Below the pieces are notes generated by a model, which saw nothing but the letters and a program-made list of their open reading frames with translations, had not been told where the DNA came from and did no database searches. A DNA stretch of 64,000 nt from Bdellovibrionales bacterium (lineage in GTDB: Bacteria; Bdellovibrionota; Bdellovibrionia; Bdellovibrionales; JAGQZY01): contig CAXRIX010000066.1 of the NCBI GenBank assembly GCA_964230555.1, forward strand, positions 903 through 64,902. The letters are read 5' to 3'. Shown piece after piece: positions 37,230-45,871 of this stretch. Made by a program: the position numbers and the translations under genes. Position 1 is the first letter of the stretch. Every line of letters begins with the position of its first letter.

Positions 37230-37400
37230 GGGCGCTCCTTTCACAGGGTTACAGTTTTCACATACTAGACATAAACAAGAACCAGAGGAAGGACTAATTC
37301 CAAACTATTGTGCAAAGCGCATATAGCGATTTTTCGGGTAGAAACATCTATACTGTCTATGTGTAGCGATCGCTAGACTCAATCTATAACGACAAAGGAT

Positions 37401-40184
37401 GTGCCTGTGGTTGGCGGAATGACCTTTAAAACATTTACCCTTAAAAATGGCCTGCAAGGACTAGCCATCAGTGACCCACGATTTGTGAAATCATCGGCGG
37501 CGTTGGCTGTCATGGCGGGCTCGATGCAAAACCCCAAAGACCATCTGGGATTGGCTCACTTTTTAGAGCATATGCTGTTTTTAGGTACCGAAGACTATCC
37601 AACGGTTGGCGATTACGAAAACTTTTTGAATAAAAATGGTGGTGGACACAATGCTTACACATCCATCGATCACACCAACTATTTTTTTGATTGTGTGCAT
37701 CCAGCCTTTGAAGGGGCCTTACAAAGATTTTCAAGGTTTTTTGTCAATCCCACGTTTGACGACCAGTATGTGGAAAGAGAAAAAAATGCCGTCCACAGTG
37801 AACACGAAAAGAATCTAAAAGATGACCATCGTCGTGAGTATCGCTTTTTGCAGATGACAACCGACCCCAACCATCCTTTTTCATTGTTTGCCACAGGGGA
37901 TAAAAACACCTTGGCGGCCGCCGACCGGCAAGTGGTGATGGATTTCTATAAAAAGAATTATTCAGCCAATTTGATGAGGCTTGTGCTGATGAGCCCAGCC
38001 GAAGGCAGTCAATTGCAAGAATTGGCTGAGAAGTATTTCGAAGATGTCCCCAACCTAAACATTGAAAAACCCAAGTTTGATGACAAACTCTTTGTTCACG
38101 GAGAAACCCCTAAAATTCATCAGGTTGAAACCATAAGAGATCACGATTATCTAAAGATCAGTTTCGATATGCCCGATGACTTACCATTTTGGGAGTCTAA
38201 GCCCACCCAATTCTTAGCGCATATACTTGGGGAAGAGGGTGAAGGCTCACTTTTAACTTATTTAAAAAAGAAGGGCTTGGCATTAGGCCTTGAAACCTCC
38301 ACGTGGTGGAAGATGTTTCATATCCGAGTGCACCTGACCGATCAAGGAAAGGCCAACTACCCAGAGATTATCAAGGCCTGCTTTTCTTATATTAAGCTAT
38401 TGAAAAAAGAAGGATTAAAACAATACATTTTTGATGAGCGCAAAATTATGGCCGAGGTCGACCTCAACAACATGGAGCCAAAGAGCTCGATGTCCCGCGC
38501 CAGTCAATTCAGTGCCTCTATGCTCTATTATCCTGTCGATAGTTTTCTTAAGCGCTTCTATCTTTACCATGAATACAGACCCAAAGAGTTCGACACGTTT
38601 TTGGGCTATTTAACCACTGACAATATGCAAGTGACTCTTTTTTCCAACCAGCCAGTAAAGGGGGAGATGGAGCCGTATTACGGGATTGCCTATCGCACTA
38701 CCGATATGGAGAAGAGCTTGATTGATGAGATAAACTCTCAAGGAATCCTATCGGAATTTGTTTATCCTGAACCCAACCCCTATGTTCCGACAAACATGGA
38801 TTTGATTAAACCTCCAAAAATCTACGAACCAGAAAAAGAGGTTTTTCGTGGTTGGACCACTATGTTTTCGCAAGTCGATACCGACCTAGGAATTCCAAAA
38901 GGGTCGATTTCGCTGTCGTTTATTTCAGATGTTATCAACGGCGACCCAAGGAACTACCTTTTGGCGAAGCTATTTGTGGCTCTAAAAAAAGAGGAACTCA
39001 ATGAGTGGGGCTATCCGGTGCGACAGGCCGGATTGCACTTCAATATCTCTCACGGGTACAACACGATTACTTTGGACACCAGTGGTTATTCGCATCATCT
39101 TGACGATCTGCTTGGTAATTTGATTGTTGACCGAAAGTTCGGCCGACGTTTAGACCATGTCGAAGTTGAGGATGCCACCTTTGAAGAGATTCGCAAAAAA
39201 ATTAAAAAGGCGGTTTTGAACAAGTCTCATGATGCGGCCTACCAGCAGCTTATCTATGAGATGGGCCAATTCTTTTCGACAGGGGCTGTGCACCATCAAG
39301 ATTACATTCGTTTTATTGATGAAGTTTCGCTTTCCCAGATCAATGCCTTTGCTCGAAAATTTTTCAGTGAGGTATCGATCCGCAGTTATTGTTATGGGAA
39401 TATCGATAAGGACAAAATAAAGCCAGTGATTGAAGGCTTTTTTCACGAACTGCAGGCCTGCGGCTTTGTGGCCGAAGAGGTGGAAGTCTTTGAAAACAAA
39501 TTTTTAGAGCTTCCCCAGGAACGCTATGCACGCGTCTTTACTGGTCCCAACAACAATAACGGGCAAGTGACTCTTTATAAAACCAGTGAATGGACCATAG
39601 AGAATCAAGCCTATGTTGATTTAATTGGGAAATTGATCGAACAGCCTTATTTTACGGAGCTGCGAACCCAGCAACAGTTGGGTTATGTGGTTGCTGCTTT
39701 TTCGACCAATAACAATGGTTTTTGTGGGCTTGGAACGCTTATTCAATCTCAAAGTCACACCGCAATGGATTGTTTTAACAGGTCTCATAAATTTCTGTCG
39801 GAGTTTACAACAGCTCTTAAAAGCAATCTGCTTGAAGAGGATGTTGAATTGGTGAAGCAGTCTTTGATTTCTGAAATCACCCAGGTGCCGAACTCCTTGC
39901 GTGAAAGACTGGGCAAGTTCACATCGATGGCGGGAACCTACCATGGAGACTTCCAGTTCTATGACAAGTTGGCGAAGACCCTTCGCGAAATCAATGGGGA
40001 AAAATTAAAGGCCTTTATGGAGGATCGATTAAAGCTCGATGAGAGCGTTATCACCTTTCTCTACAACGGCTCTGATCAGGGTGGCGATGAGGCTCCAGAA
40101 GGTTTTAAGAAAATCGAAGATTATCAATCGGTTATGAATTCTTGGAAACGTATTCAGCCTTATAAAAAAAGCCGTGAGATGTAG
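37401..40184 (+). CDS. M16A insulinase/pitrilysin-like zinc metallopeptidase
   Basis: Inverted zinc motif HFLEHMLFLGT (HxxEH) with downstream E in EREKNAVHSEHE. ~920 aa four-domain size. Start uncertain (GTG 37401 or ATG 37419). No obvious signal peptide. Confidence 0.85.
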   Translation: MPVVGGMTFKTFTLKNGLQGLAISDPRFVKSSAALAVMAGSMQNPKDHLGLAHFLEHMLFLGTEDYPTVGDYENFLNKNGGGHNAYTSIDHTNYFFDCVHPAFEGALQRFSRFFVNPTFDDQYVEREKNAVHSEHEKNLKDDHRREYRFLQMTTDPNHPFSLFATGDKNTLAAADRQVVMDFYKKNYSANLMRLVLMSPAEGSQLQELAEKYFEDVPNLNIEKPKFDDKLFVHGETPKIHQVETIRDHDYLKISFDMPDDLPFWESKPTQFLAHILGEEGEGSLLTYLKKKGLALGLETSTWWKMFHIRVHLTDQGKANYPEIIKACFSYIKLLKKEGLKQYIFDERKIMAEVDLNNMEPKSSMSRASQFSASMLYYPVDSFLKRFYLYHEYRPKEFDTFLGYLTTDNMQVTLFSNQPVKGEMEPYYGIAYRTTDMEKSLIDEINSQGILSEFVYPEPNPYVPTNMDLIKPPKIYEPEKEVFRGWTTMFSQVDTDLGIPKGSISLSFISDVINGDPRNYLLAKLFVALKKEELNEWGYPVRQAGLHFNISHGYNTITLDTSGYSHHLDDLLGNLIVDRKFGRRLDHVEVEDATFEEIRKKIKKAVLNKSHDAAYQQLIYEMGQFFSTGAVHHQDYIRFIDEVSLSQINAFARKFFSEVSIRSYCYGNIDKDKIKPVIEGFFHELQACGFVAEEVEVFENKFLELPQERYARVFTGPNNNNGQVTLYKTSEWTIENQAYVDLIGKLIEQPYFTELRTQQQLGYVVAAFSTNNNGFCGLGTLIQSQSHTAMDCFNRSHKFLSEFTTALKSNLLEEDVELVKQSLISEITQVPNSLRERLGKFTSMAGTYHGDFQFYDKLAKTLREINGEKLKAFMEDRLKLDESVITFLYNGSDQGGDEAPEGFKKIEDYQSVMNSWKRIQPYKKSREM

Positions 40185-40203
40185 CTTCTGCTCATTTTAT
40201 ACA

Positions 40204-40260
40204 CATTAGGCGGTCTATAAAGCTGATTAGTTTTAATGATTTAAGCCCATTAGACGGTCT
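40204..40260. repeat. 13-nt direct repeat CATTAG[G/A]CGGTCT, two copies 44 nt apart, in a convergent intergenic region
   Basis: Read directly: 40204-40216 and 40248-40260, with 1 mismatch. Confidence 0.4.
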
Positions 40261-40311
40261 TATCCACAACCTTTTCCACGGCGTTAATCGCGCCGCGTAA
40301 TGGCTGCTGAT

Positions 40312-40725
40312 CTACTTCTTTTGAATGCTGAAGCCGACTTTTTTGATCCCAGAGCCTTTAATGGCGTCGATGATGGTGGTCAGGCCATCGAGTGTCACAT
40401 CTTTATCAGCCGTTAAGACAACCGAGGATTTGCTGTTCTTTTCGGCCTCTAAGCTCACCGTTGATTTCAGTTGGTCCAAGCTGACCTTGTTGCCGTCCAA
40501 ATAAAGCTCTCCGGTTTTACTGATAACAACCTCGATATTCTTGGGAGCTTCTTTGGTTTCTCCTGAGGAGGCTTGTGGTAAGTCGACATCAATGGTGGGC
40601 TTTAGGACCAAGGGCGCTGTCACCATAAAAATAATGAGGACCACAAGTATGATATCGACCAATGGTACGACATTGATTTCAGCTATGGGTTGATCTTGGT
40701 CACTATTGTAGGAGCCGCCGGCCAT
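40312..40725 (-). CDS. ExbD/TolR-family protein
   Basis: INVVPLVDIILVVLIIFMV is the characteristic TM with the conserved Asp. 137 aa. Confidence 0.85.
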   Translation of the reverse strand: MAGGSYNSDQDQPIAEINVVPLVDIILVVLIIFMVTAPLVLKPTIDVDLPQASSGETKEAPKNIEVVISKTGELYLDGNKVSLDQLKSTVSLEAEKNSKSSVVLTADKDVTLDGLTTIIDAIKGSGIKKVGFSIQKK

Positions 40726-40728
40726 GTC

Positions 40729-41358
40729 TTATCCTTTTGTTCGTTTTGCGTATGCGATACAAAGCTCTCTGGCGACATCAATCGACTGTAAGCTTTGGCG
40801 AACCAATTTTTGAAAGTAGTTGTAGGCAATGACGGCCGGGATCGCGACAAAGAGACCGACCGCTGTAGCGACAAGGGCATGCGCAATACCAGCCATAACA
40901 ACGTCATTGCCTCCGCCGGTGTTGCCGGCTAAGTCACTGAACGCCTTCATGATTCCTAGAACCGTACCAAGAAGACCGACAAACGGGGCATTGGATCCGA
41001 CGGTTGCTAAAAAATTCAGGTTTCTCTCTAGCTTGGGTCGCTCGATCATATGAAATGAGTTGAAAACCTCAGCCAGCCCTTGTGGACCGGAAGTTTTGAT
41101 ATGGCGCAGGCCGTAAGATAAAGCGCGTCCAGGAAGACTGTCTTTATCCTTTGCGAGATCTTCCAGTTCATCCAGTGACTGACTCTGTAGCAAATCTTGA
41201 GCTTTATTTCGAAACTCAGTATTTCGTCGGTAAACAGAATGGAGGGTTAAAAATCTTTCGATAATCATTCCAATACTCAAAACACTGGTGAGCAAAAGAA
41301 TCCAAAGTAGAATTTCGGCACTGCCTTGTGAGAGGACGAAAAATTTATCGACAAGCAT
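40729..41358 (-). CDS. MotA/TolQ/ExbB-family proton channel protein
   Basis: NAPFVGLLGTVLGIMKAF and AHALVATAVGLFVAIPAVIAYN. Stop is 3 nt before the ExbD-like gene start. Confidence 0.85.
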   Translation of the reverse strand: MLVDKFFVLSQGSAEILLWILLLTSVLSIGMIIERFLTLHSVYRRNTEFRNKAQDLLQSQSLDELEDLAKDKDSLPGRALSYGLRHIKTSGPQGLAEVFNSFHMIERPKLERNLNFLATVGSNAPFVGLLGTVLGIMKAFSDLAGNTGGGNDVVMAGIAHALVATAVGLFVAIPAVIAYNYFQKLVRQSLQSIDVARELCIAYAKRTKG

Positions 41359-41469
41359 TGGATCTCCTTTTAGAAGGGCGTCGACCCATTTGAAGGGCCA
41401 TTATCTATATAATGCGTTTACCACTGATACTCCATCTATTACAATAGAGATACCTGGGGAGGTCAAGAA

Positions 41470-43263
41470 ATGGCGGTTTTTCACCACCAAAGAGCGGTCC
41501 TAATGATTGTCGTCGGGCTATTGCTGGGCTCCTGTTCGCCATTCACCTCCAAAAAACCACCGGTCGTTCTAATCCTTTTAGAATCTTTCTCTGAGCAAGA
41601 CTATTTGTGTGCCGACTCTCGGAAGATGGATGAGCTGAGCAATTTGCAAGAAGTCTGCGATGATTTTCTTCGCTACACCCATGTTTACGCACCAACAACT
41701 TTGACTCAATCCAATATTAGCTCAATCCTGACTGGCTTGCCTTTGAGCAAGCACAACGTGACCCACAATGGTTCCGTCGGAATATCAAATCGAATTCAAA
41801 CCTTAGCAGAAAGTGCAATCAACTCAAAAATGCGAACAGCCTTTTTTTCCGGTGGCGTACCGCTTTTAAAAAAATTCGGGATTGGCCAAGGCTTCGAAGA
41901 GTTCCACGAACCTTTCCAGGGGCGAGACCCGAAATTTTTTAAAAGTTTCTCTCAGTCGGTTCGCGCCTCCATGCGGTGGCTTGATGATGAAGTTCAAAAA
42001 GGATCTTTTTTTCTCACATTCTACGCTCCAGATCTTCTTTACAAAAACCGTGTCACTCAAGATGGACTTGATAACGAACGACCAATCAGTCGAGCCTCCA
42101 GTGTTCTTGAGATCCATGAAACTATTGATGAGTTGATTGGCGAGTTGAAGGCGCGCAAGAAATGGAAAAAAAGTCATTTCATTGTGGTCGGACTCTCCGG
42201 CCCCGATCATTCGTTACGACCTTACAACCCGTTAAGTGGTCAGTACTTGCATGTTCCTTTGCAAATCAAATTATCGTCATTGGTGAAAACTAATATGGGG
42301 GAGCTCACATCTGAAATTTTGTCTTTCGCAAAGCTTGGGCGTTGGCTGCAGAAGTTAATCCAGCACAAACCTCAGCAGGGTGATCTTATTCTCTCGCCGG
42401 AGCCATCTGACATTTTTATTCCACAGCAGAACACCTGGAGTTTGTGGCGGGGGCTTAGTAATTGGGCCACTCAAGGATTGCGAAGAAAGCATTATCTGTT
42501 TGTGTTCAACCCTGATCTAAATGTTTTCGATACATTTTATGATAAGAAGGAGTATGAACCTGTTCTGCAAGATGAAGGCAAATTACTGGCCGAGAAATTT
42601 GATGTCATCAAGCAGATGAAGTCGTTTTTCCCTCAGTTCTGCCATGAATCATTGGGACGTCAATCTTGCCCTCCTAAAACTTTAAAGAAATCTAAAATCA
42701 AACAGCTGACTCAACTTTATCGTTGGCACGAACAATCCTGGATGATTGACCAACCTGTGGACCGGTTTCAAGAACGAATGGACGAGGCTTTTGCAAGAAA
42801 GCATTCTATCGTGATCCGTTGGTTGGCTTACCGTGCTCTTTATGAGCGACGTTGGGTGGATCTTTTTGAGTTGGGTAAGAAGGCGAAAAACCCAGAGTGG
42901 AAGCTGATTTCAGAGCTGAACTTACGGGAAACCCCAGGCCAGTCACCACAACGCTGTCTTCGATATTTTGTCGGAGAGAAGAAAAATGTCCGCGAGTTTT
43001 ATCAACACTGCCAAGACTCGGGTTTAAGGCGGGTGGTTGAAGGGATCAATCGGTTACGCAATAAAAAACGTCCGGCCGAAGGGTTTTGGACGCAAGTGAA
43101 CACGATTCGAAGTCGCCGCCAAGCCAAACGCTTAAACCTTGCAATGCTGTTTATCAATGATATCCACGAGCCTTTTGATTTCGCTCCGACCCTCTCGGAA
43201 CTCTACTTCTTTTTACCAGATAATGTCGAGTTTCTTGAATTAATCGATGTCGATAAATCCTAA
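41470..43263 (+). CDS. Lipoprotein with alkaline-phosphatase-superfamily (sulfatase/LtaS-like) N-terminal domain and a long helical C-terminal region
   Basis: Lipobox LLLGSC. VVLILLESFSE resembles the LtaS/EptA metal-site strand. TTLTQSNISSILTGLPLSKHNV stands where sulfatases have CxPSR..LTG..HG. Confidence 0.45.
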   Translation: MAVFHHQRAVLMIVVGLLLGSCSPFTSKKPPVVLILLESFSEQDYLCADSRKMDELSNLQEVCDDFLRYTHVYAPTTLTQSNISSILTGLPLSKHNVTHNGSVGISNRIQTLAESAINSKMRTAFFSGGVPLLKKFGIGQGFEEFHEPFQGRDPKFFKSFSQSVRASMRWLDDEVQKGSFFLTFYAPDLLYKNRVTQDGLDNERPISRASSVLEIHETIDELIGELKARKKWKKSHFIVVGLSGPDHSLRPYNPLSGQYLHVPLQIKLSSLVKTNMGELTSEILSFAKLGRWLQKLIQHKPQQGDLILSPEPSDIFIPQQNTWSLWRGLSNWATQGLRRKHYLFVFNPDLNVFDTFYDKKEYEPVLQDEGKLLAEKFDVIKQMKSFFPQFCHESLGRQSCPPKTLKKSKIKQLTQLYRWHEQSWMIDQPVDRFQERMDEAFARKHSIVIRWLAYRALYERRWVDLFELGKKAKNPEWKLISELNLRETPGQSPQRCLRYFVGEKKNVREFYQHCQDSGLRRVVEGINRLRNKKRPAEGFWTQVNTIRSRRQAKRLNLAMLFINDIHEPFDFAPTLSELYFFLPDNVEFLELIDVDKS

Positions 43264-43932
43264 CCAAAAAGGCACCTCTTGATTTTCTTTGGCTAGAGTT
43301 TTTGCGATCTCTTCAGAGTTGAAGCGATCTCGATTCAGTTCAAAAAACTGATTGGGCAAATAGGTCCGACTGATTAAAGCTAATTTATCAGTATCCTTTA
43401 AATAGACATTTCCATACTGAATAGGAGGGTGTTGTCCAAGTCCCAAAAGCTGATTCGGTAAAGGGTCTAATACTGAGTTTTTTAATGTTAAGACATTCAA
43501 GTCAATGGCTTGCGAAAGAGGGATGCTGCCCATGTTCTTCCGGTTAATGACCAGAGATGGTTGCCCGCAACTGACGTAGATCCACTGCGGACCATCTTGA
43601 ACCGCAGCAAAAACTTCAAAACCTGAAGTGTACTCTTCTTTATTGAATTCATTAAAGATCTTTTCACTGGCCATGATAACAGCCATACGCAAAATGTTAC
43701 CCATTTGCTGTAGATTTTCTTTGCGAGCATAGGGCACGGTTAGTTCCGTGTCTTCAAAGGCCATAGTAACAAAACTTTTTACCGACTGAATCACCTTGTC
43801 GGCTATGTCCGGTTGTCCCCAAGGTGTCACACAGAGTAAGAGGTTGTTTGATTTCTCGAAATCAACAACCACTGGAGGGCGGAACTTCTTTCCACCATAA
43901 GATCTTTCTGAAATTTTAATATTTAAAGCCAT
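43240..43932 (-). CDS. Hypothetical protein, possibly a degenerate PP2C-fold (pseudo)phosphatase
   Basis: LLLCVTPWGQPDIADKV, FAAVQDGPQWIYVSCGQPSLVI and LKDTDKLALISRTYL resemble PP2C strand patterns but lack the DGxGG/GDS/SDG acidic residues. ATG 43932 overlaps the upstream stop by 17 nt. Confidence 0.55.
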   Translation of the reverse strand: MALNIKISERSYGGKKFRPPVVVDFEKSNNLLLCVTPWGQPDIADKVIQSVKSFVTMAFEDTELTVPYARKENLQQMGNILRMAVIMASEKIFNEFNKEEYTSGFEVFAAVQDGPQWIYVSCGQPSLVINRKNMGSIPLSQAIDLNVLTLKNSVLDPLPNQLLGLGQHPPIQYGNVYLKDTDKLALISRTYLPNQFFELNRDRFNSEEIAKTLAKENQEVPFWLGFIDID

Positions 43933-45871
43933 ATTGTTTGAGCTTCCGTTTTGCCTTGATGTAGTATTCGCCGTCTTCAATATCTGTCTTAATAATTTCT
44001 TCCCACTTCAATTTACTGGCTTCCAGGTTTCCGAAGCGTTCCTCGATAACACTGTCCATATATATAGTTTTCATTCTATTCGAGAGTTCTTTTTCCATTT
44101 GATAAAGAAAAGCAGAGATCTTTGGATCAAAGGGGTCTACATCGGCGGCCTTTCGTGTTAAGCGAATCGCCTCGCGAATCTGCTCATTTGAATATTTTTG
44201 CTGAGCCTCGTTCAGTAAAGTGGCTTTTTTTGTTTTGATATGCCATTCGATACTAGCCAGTTTCCTTTTTGACTTTTTAACCAGATTTTTTGGGTCTGGA
44301 AGTCCAGAGTGAATATGGTTTTCATAGGCTTCAATAGCCTCTTGCCATTTCTGTTTGCGATGCAGATTATAAGCGCGATCATAGAGTTCTTTTCCACGAA
44401 GAATCTTTTCTTTGCGTTCAGCGGCCATTTTTTCGCGAATTTTTCTTTCTTCGGAGCGAGCTTCAACTTCCGTCACCAACTGGGCAATACGTGGGTTGTT
44501 GGGGTCGAGATTGGCCGCTGGCACCAGACAGGCCTTAACTCCGTCCACATCCTCTGATGTTGCATATTCTTGTTCGCATTGAGAAATCGCCGAATGAACG
44601 CGTTTTTCAAGCTCTTCTTGCTCCCGCCTCTGTTGTTCGCGCAAAGCTTTTTGGCGTTCGTTATCGCGAGCGATAATACAATCTTCTTCCATCTTTTTCG
44701 AGTCTTTGTACACCGGAATGATTGTATGTAATTTTTCGAGCTGGATTAAAGCCAACTCATAGTCTCGGTTAAGATAAAGTTGACTGGCTAACTTGTAGGT
44801 TTGAGAAACAATTTTTTGTTCGGCAGGGGAAAGTTGGTGAAAAGGGTCGGCTGAGGCTTGCTTTTTCTCCTCTTCTTTCGGCATCAGAAACTCGCTGCCG
44901 ACAGCAAGAAGCACAAAAGCGGCCGCTGCAATCATCATGATCTTTTTCTTTTTCTTTTCTTTCTGATTAGCCGCTGAGTCATTATCGATCTCCTCGGCGC
45001 TGCCGGAACCATCTTCAGGTTCGTCTAATGAAACCATCGCCACATCTTGATCAAAAAAGACCAAGGGGTTTTTATACATATTTAAAGGAATATTACTGAC
45101 TTTTCTTTTAAAAGCTTTATCACGAAGCTCAAATTGCATCGACGTTGCTCCCACAGTGATGATGTCACCACTCAGGAGTCTTGTTGGCTTTTTGGATACC
45201 AGTTTTTGACCGTTGAGCTCTGTACCTTGCTTGCTTCCTAAGTCGACAAGGAAAAATCCTTTATCTGTCTTACTGACTTCAAAGTGACTCGGTGAAGCAC
45301 TGGGTTCTCTGAGATAGACCGAAGCTCCCTCATCGCCTCCAATCACCCAAAGGTTACCCTCAAGCCTGAAATATTCAGATTTCATACCATCGCGACCAAT
45401 GATTTTTATGTAGGGTAAGCCCGAAAAGTTTTGAATGGCGGTTTTTTCGTCATCGTCTACTTCTTCTTCGTTGGTTGGAGTGTTGTCTTGGAACGATTCC
45501 ATCGCCTGCACACTATCGGAGTGGCCGTCCAAGCTGCTCTCGGCCATGGCGTTGAATTGGTTTTGACTCTGAGAGCTTTCCCCAGATTCGAATTTAAATG
45601 TATAGGGGTCGAGTAAAAAGTCTCCACTTCCTTCAAGAGTGAAATCTTTGCGTTCTTCGCCGCCGAATTCAATAAGTTTGATTTCGGAAAGTACATTCAC
45701 TCTCCAATCGCCGGACTCGTCCTCGACAACTTCGAAATGCTCGCGCGAGATACCGGGAAGTTTCTCAAGACGAATGGCGCAACCTTCTTTACGACCAATA
45801 GTGTAGGACTGTCCTTGTTGAAGCTCAATCTGTTGTAATAAAACACCGTCTCTGAAGGCTGCTAATTTCAT
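43916..45871 (-). CDS. Membrane protein with two N-terminal FHA domains, one TM helix and a TPR/coiled-coil C-terminal region
   Basis: FHA1: YTIGRKEGCAIRL..ISREHFEV. FHA2: WVIGGDEGASVYL..SPSHFEV..LVDLGSKQGTELNGQKL. KKKKK plus TM IMMIAAAAFVLLAV. ATGA overlap with the upstream gene. Confidence 0.8.
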   Translation of the reverse strand: MKLAAFRDGVLLQQIELQQGQSYTIGRKEGCAIRLEKLPGISREHFEVVEDESGDWRVNVLSEIKLIEFGGEERKDFTLEGSGDFLLDPYTFKFESGESSQSQNQFNAMAESSLDGHSDSVQAMESFQDNTPTNEEEVDDDEKTAIQNFSGLPYIKIIGRDGMKSEYFRLEGNLWVIGGDEGASVYLREPSASPSHFEVSKTDKGFFLVDLGSKQGTELNGQKLVSKKPTRLLSGDIITVGATSMQFELRDKAFKRKVSNIPLNMYKNPLVFFDQDVAMVSLDEPEDGSGSAEEIDNDSAANQKEKKKKKIMMIAAAAFVLLAVGSEFLMPKEEEKKQASADPFHQLSPAEQKIVSQTYKLASQLYLNRDYELALIQLEKLHTIIPVYKDSKKMEEDCIIARDNERQKALREQQRREQEELEKRVHSAISQCEQEYATSEDVDGVKACLVPAANLDPNNPRIAQLVTEVEARSEERKIREKMAAERKEKILRGKELYDRAYNLHRKQKWQEAIEAYENHIHSGLPDPKNLVKKSKRKLASIEWHIKTKKATLLNEAQQKYSNEQIREAIRLTRKAADVDPFDPKISAFLYQMEKELSNRMKTIYMDSVIEERFGNLEASKLKWEEIIKTDIEDGEYYIKAKRKLKQYGFKY

